NCBI RefSeq assembly: GCF_009914755.1
Contig: NC_060928.1
Direction: 5' to 3' (one strand)
Source of the DNA: the human T2T-CHM13v2.0 reference genome, Homo sapiens
Length of the DNA stretch: 64,000 nucleotides
Shown: piece after piece, positions 13,761 to 27,773 of the stretch
Layout of the letters: the number at the start of each line of letters is the position of its first letter
Numbering within the stretch: the stretch's first letter is position 1
The notes under the pieces: generated by a model
The model's input: only the letters and a program-made list of their open reading frames with translations
Told to the model about the DNA's origin: nothing
Databases searched by the model: none
Made by a program: the position numbers and the translations under genes

Positions 13761-16079
13761 TGTCTGCCTGCCTGTTTGTTCTGTACAGCCAGGAGATGGG
13801 AATGATACAGGCAAAATAACAAAACGAAAAAGAAAACACACTTAAACCCTAGAAAAAAAACAACATGCTTTGCTTTTCAATAATGAAAACAATTTTTCAA
13901 AGGTTCCCATCAGGATGTGTCCTGTTAGAAGTGTAAAAGAAATAATATATACAGTAGGATGTAAACATTTTTTAATTCAAGGACAGATCTTGGTTCAAAA
14001 GGTTGACTAACTTCTTAAAATCCTTAATGTTCTAGATAAAAAGTCACTTTGGGGGGCAATTAGAAGATATACTCATTAAACCAATTGTACAAAAGCCATA
14101 CAGCATGGGTATAAGAGGTTAGGCTGTACCATTAAGAAGTAACCTGGAAAACCAGTCATTTGAACGACTTTGCCTTTGAGGTTACCTCACAGCAAGCAGA
14201 CACCAGACAATTGCATTGGGTTTCAAGTCCAAAGTTAAAGAGCACGATGGAACCCTGCTCTCTCCTCTTATTTAACTATTTTAATCTACATTTCAAGATA
14301 ATAGTTGGGTGACAAAGAAGTATATCTAAGAACCTTAAAAAATGCTAAGGTTATTCAAGTTGTGTATAGTATTTGAAACAGGTAAATAGCTTGATAAGAA
14401 GGGTAGGTTCTCCTCCTCCTTTCCCATCAATCATATCTAAATCTGAACAAAAACATTGATATTTAGGGTTAAAGCTGAGCCTTTCTATCATAAAATTGAT
14501 GGCTCTTTTTATATGATTGCCTATTGTATATCTAGAGAACAAAATAAGGTTTAAGAAACTTTGAGGAACTTAGGCATGACAGAGATCTACAATGGAGACA
14601 GAAAATGATTTATCTTTTTATCTTGTGAGGAAAATCTATAGCAGAGTACAGATCCAAAACCTTATACAAAGCAATCATGGAGATATATCAGACAAAGACA
14701 GAAGAAAAATGTTCATTTCTCCATGTCTTTCTAACCTCTGCCACCAGTTTCAGAATTAAATTGCTCTTTTTTTTTAGTTAGTAATTTGTCTCTTTGATTT
14801 CTCAGTTATTGAAAAAACAACAAAATATCATGTCTGCTGAAACTCAGACAAAACTTCTTCCTTTTCTTAAAGAAGAGAGACACCTCCATGGGACAGGTCC
14901 TGGAGGCAGAGCTCAGAAATAACCCATTTAATAATTCTCTGGGGCTAGATGACCCAATCAATAGCACTGATGGTTTTTCCACATGTAAGCCTGATTTTTT
15001 CACCCAACACCTAGAGGCTTAATAAAGCTATGGTGGAAAGCCTGTTTTGAACAAGGCTTCAATTGACCAAGGTTAAAAGTAAAAGGAAGAAATCGTGATT
15101 CTGCCCTTTTGAAGCTATTTTTTGTCAAAATCAAGTGTAAGGTTTAAATTGATATGGTCTCTTAACAGTTACATCTAGTTAATATTTATGGCCTTTAAGA
15201 AGAAGACAATTTTGTTTTATAGAAGGAGATAGCAACATGAGTTATATCTCTGTCTATGCTCTTATATCCTGAGAAAGGTATGAGTCTGTACATTCCTTGT
15301 GACCAATGAATAAGCCAATGCATTGAGTAGCTCTGAGGGACCGATTCATGTCAAAGTCAATGCAAATGGAAGCTCCTGGTGTTGTGCACTCCTCTTCTGC
15401 TTGCCAGTGGTGGGTGGACCTGGCCGTATGTCTTAATATCCCTGACAGTTACTAATGGAATAAGGGTTTGGGACTCTATAATTTCTAAGCTCCCACATGG
15501 TGGGAGCTTAAACATTTGTATTTTTGTGCTTCTTTGAAACTTTACAATGTTAACAAGATCTCTCAGCAAAGGAGTTGACCATTCCCAACAAGAGATTGCA
15601 GATTTTAAGGATTAATTCCTTTAATTTTGGAAAAGCCTCTGCCAATAATTTATTCGAATCCTGTCTCTATGTTGTCTATTTTTCTTTTAAAATTCTGATT
15701 ACTTTTAGGTTGCAACTTTTTAGCTATTGTGCATGTATCTTATTCTTTTCATTGTTCATAATTTCTGTACTATATACTATATAGTTTTTCACACTGAAAA
15801 ACTGGTTTACCAATTTTCTTATAGTTGGGATTATCCTGTGGTTTAACCCTTCAGGAAAGTGATTCATTTAAAAAATTTTTTTTCTTCTTTGCTAGAATTT
15901 AATTTTATTTTTGTTTTTGTTTTGTAATACTGCCTGATTATTTTTATGTTCTCCTGTTACTAGTACAATTTTCAGAGCCACTTTTTCTTTCTTTACACAT
16001 AGACATTGTTATACTATGTGTTTTTAAATCAAAACTAAGATAAATTATAAACTAAAAAATAATTTCAGTACATTTCACA

Positions 16080-17200
16080 GAAGATTAGAATTGGGAAATA
16101 ACCCTAATAATCATATCTGATGACTGAATATATGAAAACTTTCAACTTCTATATGAATCAGGGAAATAAAAATTAAAACTACAATAAGACACAATCTTAA
16201 ACCCAACACATTGACAAAAACTTTGAATGATAGTATCAGATAGCAAAAATGTGATGTAATGAGAACTGTGATATCAGTTCTGGTAAAAGTGAAATTATTA
16301 AAAACAATTTTTAAAATTATGTAGTATCTTCTGCAATGTTTCACATGCTAATATACAGGCCATCAATTTCACTTTATAGAACGTATGTACTATACAGCGA
16401 CTCTAGCTCAGGCCCACCAGAAGACAAACACAAGAGTGACTGAGGCAGCACATTTATAATAGCAAACAAACAAGCAAACAAACACCCAAATGCTCAAGAA
16501 GAGAATGGATACACTGTAATATATTCAAAAATTGGAAATTATGCAATATTTAGAATGAAAGAACTGTAGCTGCACACGTCAACATATACATCTATTAGAA
16601 AAATAGTTTAAAAAGCAAGTCACAGAAAACCAAGCAGAATAAAACATATATCATTTATGGATACAGTATACCTGGTAACAATATAAAGAACATTAAGAAA
16701 AGGCAGGGCCTGGTGGCTCACATCTGTAATCCTAGCACTTTGGGAGGCCAAGGCAACAGAATCGCTTGAGCCCAGGATTTCAAGACCAGCCTGGGAAACA
16801 TGGCAAAACTTCATCTGTACAAAAAATGCAGAAATTAGGCAGGTGTGGTGGTGCATCCCTGTAGCCCCAGCTACTTGGGAGGCGGAAGTGGGAGGATCAC
16901 TTGATCCCAGGAAGTTGAAGCTGCAGTGAGCCCTGATTGCACTGCTGCTCCAGCCTGGGCAACAGAGCCAGAGCCTTTCTCAAAAACAAACAAACAAAAA
17001 ACAAACCAAAAAAATCAAGGGAATGGTTAAATAAATAAGCTTAAATTGGTGTTCATTTTTATCTTTGGAAGACAGCTAAGGGACAGATGAAACTGCAAAA
17101 GTTCCTTTGACTTGTGGATCTATAGATGTTCTTGCTAGGCTTCATATTTGTTACAGTTTTATATGTATTAACTCAGTTAAAATTAAATTCTATTTTTCAT
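16080..17200 (+). mobile_element. Old L1 (L1M/L1ME-type) 3' region interrupted by Alu
   Basis: gcagcacatttataatagcaaa...cccaaatgctca...gaatggata...gaatgaaagaactgtagct, L1 ORF2-end/3'UTR signature. Confidence 0.7.
16702..17014 (+). mobile_element. AluJ
   Basis: Diverged dimeric Alu with J-type cttgagcccagga and ggaggatcacttga; (CAAA)n tail. Confidence 0.95.
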
Positions 17201-17812
17201 GCATAATTTTAGAAGAGTAAACACAGAACTGTTAACTCTGCTTAACTCTAGAGGGGGATTATTAGATTATAAAGGGCTTTCATTTTATATGCATTATAGA
17301 TTATCTTAACCTTTGCTCATTTAATACTTATTTATTTAAGAGCTGACTAACTTTGCCAACAAAGGTCTTACTCATCATGCTGTTATCCAGTCATATTCTC
17401 ACTCCTCCTCTTACTGTGAACAGTTTCAGTGATATCTTGCTACTCCTATAATTTTAGGGTAAGTGTCTGTGCACTGCCTTTGGATGTATATCTTCACAAT
17501 TTTCCCTTTACATGCATATTCACTGTCTGCTCCTTCCTTCCTTCTTATATTTCCATTATTTGTTAAAGAAATGTGTAATTTACCAATTTCCCTCTTTAAA
17601 TTACCTGTTTGTTTTGTAGAAAAACCTAAAATTTCTAATGGTGTTCTTAATTATGTGGTAGTGTAAGGATGAAGGGAAGGATCTGCTGAAAATCAACTTA
17701 CAAAAGGCTGACTTACTGAAGAAAAGGCAGGCAACTGTATCACTGTTTTGGCTGGGTGCAATGGCCAATATAAATTTGTAAGCATTTTAAAAATATTATG
17801 GTCTGATATTTT

Positions 17813-18108
17813 GGCCAGGCACCGTGGCTCACATCTGTAATCTCAACACTTAGGGAGACTGAGGCAGGTGGATCACTTGACGTCAGTTGTTTGAAACCAG
17901 CCATGCACAACATGGTGAAACCAGGTCTCCACTGAAAATACAAAAATTAGCCGGGTGCGGTGGCAAGCACCTTTAATCCCAGCTATTCAGGAGGCTGAGG
18001 CAAGAGAATCGCTTGAACCCAGAAGATGGAGGTTGCAGTGAGTAGAGATCATGTCACTGCCCTCCAGCCTTGGTGACAAAGGAAAACTTCATCTAAAAAA
18101 GAAAAAAA
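17813..18108 (+). mobile_element. AluS (Sx/Sz-like)
   Basis: Dimeric Alu whose tail runs into (TA)n. Confidence 0.95.
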
Positions 18109-18119
18109 TATATAAAATA

Positions 18120-18168
<49 letters not shown>
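18109..18168. repeat. (TA)n microsatellite
   Basis: Direct reading; derived from the Alu tail. Confidence 0.95.
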
Positions 18169-18171
<3 letters not shown>

Positions 18172-18944
18172 GTTTTATATGACACAGGAGCCTTCAGAAT
18201 GATGACCCAAGGATATAGGGGAAACTGTTTTTATGCTTAGCTTCAATTAAGTATGGATAGCTGTGCAGAAATATGATTGGACAAAAAGGGTATCATCAAA
18301 TACTAGTAGACTGAGTGGGGAAACGCAGCAAGTCCTGTCTGTTTAGATTCTTCTTTCTGTGTAGCATTCCATCCTTCTGGGTATGGGGCAGGATCCTCTC
18401 TGGGATGGGCGTCTTATGACCTACAGCCAAACAAGGTCAGCTGAATAATTTCTTTGTGGCAAATTTGTACACTGAAAGGTGAGGGTTGGGGCATGAGTTA
18501 ATATTTTTAGATTTTATTGCTGGCTTTGGGGAAAAGAGGTTCTGGTTTCTCTGAACTGCCTTGGGGAAGAAGGATTCTAGTTTCTATGGCTAGGCTTAGG
18601 TGACAATCAGGGGCCAGAGACAGGAGGGAAGGAGGTTAGAGAGAGCTGCTTCTGAGGTTTTCATTTTGGGGTATTGTTTTCTGAGCCCCAACAGTAGCCT
18701 AAACTGAAAGACCCTTTTTTCACTGGAGAAGGGCATCCTGAAAGTGCTAGGAGTTCCACACGTCATAAGATAATTTAAGAGTATTACCAAGTACAACCAT
18801 TTCTTGGAGACAAAAAAAAAAAAAAAAGAAATTGCAAAACCATCTGTCTGTGCCTTGTTATGTGTATTGTGTATTTCAATACAAAGACCTGTAAATTTCC
18901 AGACTTTTCTTAAGTCAGTTTCTCATTAATTTTTTTTAAAAATG

Positions 18945-19187
18945 TTTTTCAGCTTTATTGACTGAAAATTGACCAATAAAAATTGTATCTATTCAAGGTG
19001 TACAACCTGATAACTCAATATAAGTATACATTGTGTGTATGGGGGTAATGAGGACATAAGATATGTCCTCTCTTAGCATATTTCAGGTAAATACTATGGT
19101 ATTATTAACTGTAATCACCATGCTGTACATTACATCCCCAGAACTTATTTATTTTATAATTAAAAGTTTGTACTCTTTGACCAACAC
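18945..19187 (-). mobile_element. L1MA-type 3' end
   Basis: cagctttattga...aaaattgtatctattcaaggtgtacaac...caccatgctgtaca...ccagaactta. Confidence 0.85.
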
Positions 19188-20446
19188 TCAAATCTCCCTC
19201 TCAGGATCTATTTTGAGATAATCTCAAGTTCTCAAGAGAAAAATTATACACATTATTGCTTAAGGAGTATTACAAATGATGGTAAAAGATAATGTAAGTA
19301 TTTATCAATGAAAAAGATGCTAGTATTTTTCTGAAAATGTTACCAGAAAGCTGTCATTAAAATAAATGCTCCATAGCTCTCTAAAATTATTCAATTACAA
19401 TGTGATTTCAGATACCCAATCCATTTTTTTTTTCCTTAAGCTACAAAATTTTTTTTCTTGAATTGCTTTTCCATGGCATCCAATACATAAGCCAGGTTCT
19501 CTTTAATTACCAAGTTCTAGTTTTCAAAGGAGAGTGATTAGAGGAAAAGAGGTTGTAGTTGGCTCACACTATTGTTTTATTATCTTTGTTCCCTGCTGTG
19601 ATACAAATGATTTGCTTTTTCTTGCTGACAGTGGCATTTTGCTTTGTGCTAAAAAAGAAAAACTCAGAACACCAGCTATAAAAATGTTTGTTATTTCAAC
19701 CAATTGTAACATCTCTAAAATTCAACATTTGTCATTGTTCCACAGTTTTATGTATGTTCTCTTTCTCTGCTATGAAATATCCTTAATACTTAGTTCCTAA
19801 AATGAAGTAAAAGATGTGTTATCAAGGACTACATGGTTACGAAGTTTGAAATAAGTTAACTGAAGTAAGGCTTAAACACATACTACAATAATAATCACTT
19901 CTCATGGTTGAACTCATTTAGCAATCTTTAGGTCATTGTTTCTTATTCTTTGAAAATTTAACTCTTGCTTTAATGTCACTATCCCCAACACTGCCTGTTA
20001 TAATTCTAGCTTCTTCCAATATCCAGATTGCTGATCAAAAGCAAACACTCTTTCCTCTCAGCTTCTCTTATTATTCACTTTACCTCGGTTTAAGTAACTC
20101 TATGGTCATGATCTGAATCTTGTCATTATAAATAATTGTACCTTTCATAATTTCAATTTCAAATATTCCATTTTTTACCATTCTTCCTTCTCTCTACAGT
20201 CTCTCTCTCTTTGAAACTTAATTCTCACAATATTTTGACCTTAGATAACTTGATTTTACCACCATTCCCTATCTCTTACTGAGGTCCTCACTTCCTTTTT
20301 TACACAGCTTAAAAGTCTTGATTCATTATTATGTCTTTCATGCACCCACCCTGAGCCCTGTCACCACTCTTACTTTGTCCTCGTACTTTAACAAGTCTCC
20401 AAACCCAACTAAAATTCAATTATTATCTTGGCTCTCATTCTCACTT

Positions 20447-20925
20447 GACTATCAGGGTCAATAATACACTGTTTTAACAGAGATACATGACAAATGTATA
20501 GAATTCAACTAGAGAAAGGTTTACTGTTTTTCAACTAAAGATATCAAGATGAATGGTCTACCTTAGCATCAATGTCTTCCTCTACTCGTTGCAGACTTTC
20601 AGGAATCTAGGTTCTCTTTTTCTTCCCCCCACAGCTAGGGCCTTGTCCTCACCTTCCTGATTGGAGCTGGATCATGTGCATGCTCATGGCTCAATTTATA
20701 TAATCTAGAAAGAGAGAACATGTAGGTTAACAGTATTATTTTAAGCAATTGAAGGAGGAGTTTCCCATATCCTTCTGCTCACATCCCTAGGTACACATGT
20801 AGTCACGTTACTCCACCTAGGTAAAAATAAACCTTTGAAATACAACTCCTAGATAGATAGACACATGCACAGCTTAACTTGATTATGACGAAAGAAATTT
20901 TGATGGAAAGTAATAGATCTTATAA
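20447..20925 (-). mobile_element. Old MaLR LTR (MLT1J/K/L-like)
   Basis: tcaggaatctaggttc, ccttctgctcacatccc, agtcacgttactccaccta resemble antisense old MLT1. Confidence 0.5.
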
Positions 20926-22495
20926 CTGAACAAAGCTATATAAAAACATAAAATCCTGTGAATGTTAACAGATCTTATTTTAAATTTAAGACGACTGACT
21001 GCAAGTGGTCTAGTAATGCTGTTTGGCCATTATAATATTTTTTCTTAGGCTTTCCTTTTCTCTACTTACTTTACATTCATCTATAACATTTTTCTTTTCT
21101 CTTATATGCTGAGGAAATACTAAATAGAAGCAATCAGAACATTGATTCCATACACCCGCACCACCACATCTTCTCATCTCTCCGTATTAGCAGGTATTGT
21201 ACTATTTCTTTTTGTTTCTTCCTGTATATGAATTCCCTGTGATTGTAAGCGAAACACATCCATGGGTACATTAAACCCCATCTGCTTTCAACTGCATAAG
21301 GATATCTCCCTAGGTATTTTCTCTTTCCTTCTGCATCATCAATTTTTCCCTTTTATTGTATCATCCATATCACCATAAAAATAGATTTTTACCACCTTTA
21401 GAATAAAGCAACGTGTCTTGATTTCATATACGACAAACAGGGAAGCTAGGTGCACTATTTCTGCTCCTCATTACAGTAAATCTTCTTGGAATAGTGGTCT
21501 GTTCAAATCGTCTTTAGTTCCTTCTTTCTCTCTTTCTCACTCTCTCCTTGTCTCTCTCTTCTTTGCCTCCAACTTTCCACAAATGTTGCTATTCTCAGAG
21601 TTATAAATGACCCCCATGTTGCTGATTCTAATGACCAAATTTCAGTGCCCCTTTTACAGGACCTTTCAGCAATGTTTACCACAATCACTCTTTCTTCCTA
21701 GGAACACTGCAGTAGGCATGCATGATATCACGATCTTTGTGTTTCTCATATACTTCACTAGCTAGCTTTTCTCATCTCATTGCTATGTCTTTCTTACCTT
21801 CCTGCTGCTAAAGTCTAGAAGTGCCCTTAGACCTTTCGGCTTTTTGATCCACACTCCCTCTTGTAGTAATCTCATCCAATTTCATGACTTCACATATTAT
21901 TTATATGCTAAAGAATACAGACTTGAGTATCCAGTGGTGCGATCAATATTTCTACTTGGATGTCTAATAGGAATCTGAAATACAGCATGTCTGAAACTAT
22001 CCTTTTCACCTTCACCCTCAGACCACGTCCTCCCATATCAGTTAATGACAACTGCATCCTTCTAGTTGTTGAGGTTGACAACAGGGCTATCCTTGAATAT
22101 ACTATATCATACCTCACAATCATTCTGCCAGCAAATACCATAGGGTTTAATGTCACACTGTATGCAGATTCTAACCATTTCTTAACATATTTCATCAACA
22201 CCATCACTCTGATCCAAGCTACCACCATTGCTCGTTTTTATTATTACAAATGCTTCCTAACTGTTGTCCCTGCTTCCGCACTTGCCACTACGATCATTCT
22301 TAACTACACAGGAAAGTGCTCCTGTTAAAACTAAAGGTAAATCATAATACTTCTCTACTCACAATGTTCAAGTGGCTTTTAATCACAAAGGAAAATCTTG
22401 TATGTTTGCAATGACCTCCCCCACCCTCACAACTCTGTTTCCATTCCTATTATACAGTGATTCAGAACATAGTCTCAGGAGCTGACTTCTTAGTT

Positions 22496-23020
22496 TGTGT
22501 GGACTCAGGAAATGATATCCCAAAATATGCTGCTTTTGACTTCAAAAGAACCTGGGGAGCAGCAAATGCAGGGAGGAAGCTTTCTCTGAAGTTCTTCTAC
22601 CTGACTAGGAAATGTTACTATGTTCCTCCAGAAGGAATGCAATTGTCTTGAGCCTCTTCCCTATAATCTCATCAAACTGGAAAGATGAACTCACAAGAAA
22701 GAAGGCTAGAGTTGATACTCATCCGGAGCCCAGAAAAACGTTTTCCCAGGCTATGGTCTGGGTGATTTGGATGCATTGATCACCTCTAAAAATCATTTAC
22801 CCCTTCTCTAAAATTGCTTACACTCTTCATTTCCCTGTCTCTTATGTAGAGGATATTTAAGCTTCAACCATCTTCTTTGAATCTTGTATTTTGTAGGACT
22901 ATGATGTGCTTGCAAGTAATAAATCTGTATGCCTTTTCTCCTATTAATCTATTATCAGTTTATTTCAGCAGATTCAGTTATTATACTTTCAGAGACAGAG
23001 AAGTCCTTTTCACCTCTGCA
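22496..23020 (+). mobile_element. ERV1 solo LTR (MER34/MER39 group) inserted in a MIR
   Basis: TGTGTGGACTCAG...CTCTGCA ends, cccaaaatatg, AATAAA at about 22918, ttttctcctattaatct; TSD agtt/agta; MIR halves at about 22455-22495 and 23021-23185. Confidence 0.8.
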
Positions 23021-25173
23021 AGTACAAATGACGGCTCCATCACTTACCAGGTGTTATTTAATCTCTCTGCTCTTTAACGGGGATAACAAAATGATCACTG
23101 AGATTTTTAAGAGTGAGTTAATAAATACAAAGCATCTAGAATATCCCTTGTATATTGGAAGTGTTCAATAAACTTTAGTTACTACTGCTTGTCTTCTCCT
23201 ACTCAGGCTCCACCTACCATGGTCTCCTTACTGTCCCTTAAATATGTCAATTACCTTTTCCTGTAAAAGCCCTTAAAACTTTAAAGCCCTTAACAATTTA
23301 AAGCTTAACTTCCAACCTAGCAGTAATACTCCTCATTCTTATCTCCTAGATAAGCTTGCCACTGTATGCATGTATTTACTATTTTATCCCTAGGAGGCAT
23401 GGACAGTCAATAAATATTTGTTGAATAAGTGAATAAACAAGATATAATTTATCACATGTTCACACTCTCTCAACCACTGTATTCAATTTAAATATATTTA
23501 TTATATTTTTTCCTTCTGATAATTCTATGAGGCTGGCATGTGTTTTACAAGTGCAAAACTAAAACTTCAAAGAAATTTTGTAACTTGCCAAGACCACAAA
23601 ACTAGAAAGTGGTAGGAATTGGACTTAAACCATTGTCTTTATAATTGTAGTATGCAATATATATATATTTATATAACATTTTAACTTAATTTTTATTATT
23701 TTACATTACAAAAATTAAGATGGTGTATACTTTATTCTGAGACATTAATATTTATCACAGAAGATATTTAAAAATGAAAACACATACTTCAGTGTTGTGC
23801 CATCTTTAAAAATGTTTACAAACATTTTATATATACCCCAAAATTGTTGAATCATATTCCTCAAAAATTGACTGGTTTTAATGAATTACTTTGATGAAAA
23901 GGTACACACCATCATTAGAAATATATTGATATGGTATATGATAACTACATTTTGTGTGGTCAAAAACTATATAAAAGGTTTTAAAATTCTGAGGGCACAT
24001 AAAATTCTGTTGATGTTCCTCACAGTTTACCTGTTTGAAAAATAGTTATGTCCTCAAATGCAAGTACAAATAATGCAATACAGGACACAATCATTTTAAA
24101 TCCAATTTCTAACTTCAATGTATCAAATTACTAAATAGGAATGCTTAATTTCAAGGTTAAAATAAAAACAAATTTTTTAAACCCAGAACCAAAGGAAAGA
24201 AGTTTTCTGTTCAGTCACTATTCAGAGAGTAATGATTCTCTAGAATTTGAAAATAAAGACAATAGGCATTTGATCAGAGATAGATTTGATTGTATCTAGT
24301 GTTCTTAGAAGGAAGAGATTAGTTATAATAAGAAATACAGCTGAATTACTGTGAGACTAATAAGAGATTTAAGAAGGAAGGGTAAATATTTCTAGTAGTT
24401 GACCTTTACTATGACTGAACTAAATAAATTGGTTCTCAGGAATATGGCAGAAATTGAGAAGAAATGCAATTTTCTCATTAAGGAGATAATTACCCAAATA
24501 GGAATGCAATTACCCAATGATGAACAGTTGGAAAAGATAGATTCAATTTTACTAGTGAGAATTGAAAAACTGTCAGAGAAAGTTCCAGAGGGAACAAAAG
24601 AAGCACTCACAGTGGTCACAGATCTGCACTATTGTTAATGACAACTAAGAACATTTTACCTTTAAAAAGATACCTGCTGAGCCACACAATGGAAAGAGAT
24701 CTGGGAGGAATTGAAGCTTTCACATATTCAGGGCATTTCAGTACTAGCTGATTGGATAGTTAAAGTGAGAAGTAAGAAAAATGATCAGCTGCCTCCTCCT
24801 AAAATATTTCATATTACCATATTGCAAGACATTTTTGCTCTTTACGAACTAATCTCCCCTTCCTTTTCTTCCTACAAACATTCTCAAAATTTCTAATATC
24901 TCAGCAATTATTTCAGATTTTTGTTTTCTTGATTGAGGTTCATTTTATATTTAATAAAGCTTAATAAAATAGGATTTTTAGGGATGGCTTATAATTTTGA
25001 TAGACTCCTTTTTTAAATTCATGAAGTTTGATCTATTTGCATGTTTGTTAGCATACTAATTGACTCAGCATACTGAATTCTCCAGGTAGAGTGTATCTAC
25101 CAAAATACAAACAAATCTTGAATGGGAAAATGTAATATTATATTACAGTAAATATTCATTCACTGCTGCCTCA

Positions 25174-25920
<747 letters not shown>

Positions 25921-25929
25921 ATCTCCGCT

Positions 25930-26240
25930 CACACCGCAGTTGTCCCTCGCTCACTTCATCAAGTATAGGCACAAATAATACCACCTAAGACTTCTTTATC
26001 AGCAGTTCTAGCCCTCTCCAAATCTGTCACTCTCCATCTTATGCACTGATGTGTTTTCCCCCATAGCACTTACCACTATGTATTTTTATATTATACTCTT
26101 ACTTGCTTATGGTGTGTTTTTCCTTCTAGAATATAAGTTCCCTAAGTACAGGGTTTCATTCACTGATTAGTCCCAACTACTAGAACACTGCCTTGAATGT
26201 TTAGGTGATTAATAAATAACTGTTGAGTGGATGAATGGAC
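25930..26240 (+). mobile_element. L2 3' end
   Basis: catagcacttaccac...ctagaatataagttcc...aataaataactgttgagtggatgaatg. Confidence 0.75.
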
Positions 26241-27195
26241 CCCTCTCTCCCAGTTAACTCTAATAAGCATTGCATTTTCCTACAAATGAAAAAAGTATCT
26301 ATACCATTCAGGTAAAAGAAAAAACAAAAACATTCCTGGATTTTACTGAAGGGGTAAGGGCAAGAAAGGATGAGGAACCTAAAGGTAAAGGTATGAGTAT
26401 TTTTATGGGTAAGTGATCTTTTGCTTTATTCAAAATTAGTATCTTTCCTAGTATCTGGTAAGATCTTATCAAATCAAAAGGATAAGGGGAAGGAAAAGGA
26501 GAAAAGGGAGAGGAATAAATCCCTACAGAACTACTGATTTACTGGCTATCATTCAGGTGTATATAAAACTCTACATGTTAATAAACCTGTTATAAGCTAG
26601 CACCCTGTTTGTGTGTTTTAAGCATATTACACTTCTAATCTGCAGATTCAACCACAAAAGCAATTTTCAAAATGGGGACTCTGAGGTCTAACTTGTTCAA
26701 CAATATATTTTAAAAAGTGATACAGACAGAACCAAAACTGTATTCAGCTTACTCAAAAGGCTGAATTATTTCCACTAACTGTAATGTTATTTTACTCAAA
26801 TTCTATTTGGATAATTCTTAAATAACATTCAGGCTATTTCATGGGGAGAGAGTATAAAAGATTAAAATGTGAAATTAAAAATAAAGTTATAACAGGGAAA
26901 TAATTGACTCAAAGGAAATAAATCATTATTTTTTATATTTTATGGCAGAAATAAGCAACTAAGTCTTTCCATTTTTCTCTCTTCTTTATTTCTCTTTTCA
27001 CCTCTTTTTCCGGATTTAGCTTACCAAAACGGATCCTTGGAATTATAAAGTTAAGAAAGCTAGAAAAGTGAAAACTTTTGACATATATTTTTCAGGTCCT
27101 TACGGTGGTACTGTAAGAAACCCTGAAGGACTGAGAATTTTCTTCTGTGGCTTTCACATGACCTTTGCCCTCCCAGCTATCTCTCTCCATCCTTT

Positions 27196-27773
27196 TGTGG
27201 AAGAAGGACCTAACTGTGCCACCTCAAAATATTCCCTTTTGGCATAAGAATTCTTGAGCTGAAGGCAATTAAGATGAAGCAAATGTTGGAAAGCTCTCTG
27301 CCCTCCTTCTACTGGCCTAAAAACAGGACAGAAATTTACAAAGACAAAAAAGATCCCATCTCCCCTTTCTATCAAAAGAACAAAGGTTAACCGCTGAAGA
27401 ACACTTTAGACCCATCCAGGGCTGGAGATGGCACCAGGGGAATCTACATTAACACGCTCTACTAACTAGCATTTATCTATTATCTATTTGCCTTTCCACA
27501 AGTTGCTGCCCTTAGAGACTCAAAAGTCCTTTTCCTTTTGTCCCGTGACTTCTCTAAAATGGTACTTTTCTTTGTTAAAGATACTATATAAACCAGAACC
27601 CAAAGCCATATCATTGAGAACTACTGATTTACTGGTTATTACTCAGGTATATATAAAACTCTACATGTTAATAAACTTTTGTTTTTCTCCTGTTAATCTG
27701 TCTTTTGTTACAGGGATCCACTCCAACTAAGAACTTATGAGGGCTGAGGGAAAACTTACTTTTCTTCCCTACC
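27196..27773 (+). mobile_element. ERV1 solo LTR, MER34-like
   Basis: gccacctcaaaatattcccttttggcataag...gagctgaaggcaatt; TATA about 27585, AATAAA 27670, tttctcctgttaatctgtcttttgtta. Confidence 0.8.

Larger units (their letters stand above)
17662..18693 (-). mobile_element. ERV1 solo LTR, MER39-group, interrupted by Alu
   Basis: TGTAAGG...CCCAACA ends with perfect 4-bp TSD gtag (17658-17661, 18694-18697). Confidence 0.85.
19900..23440 (+). mobile_element. Long L2 remnant carrying nested MLT1, MIR and LTR insertions
   Basis: L2 blocks such as aatgaccccatgttgct, acctttcagcaatgttt, ctacttggatgtctaatagg, tccaagctaccacc; 3' end caataaatatttgttgaataagtgaat at about 23410-23435. Confidence 0.75.

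Noticed and set aside
21908-22328. Overlapping 106- and 122-aa ORFs
   Set aside because: They lie within an L2 remnant.
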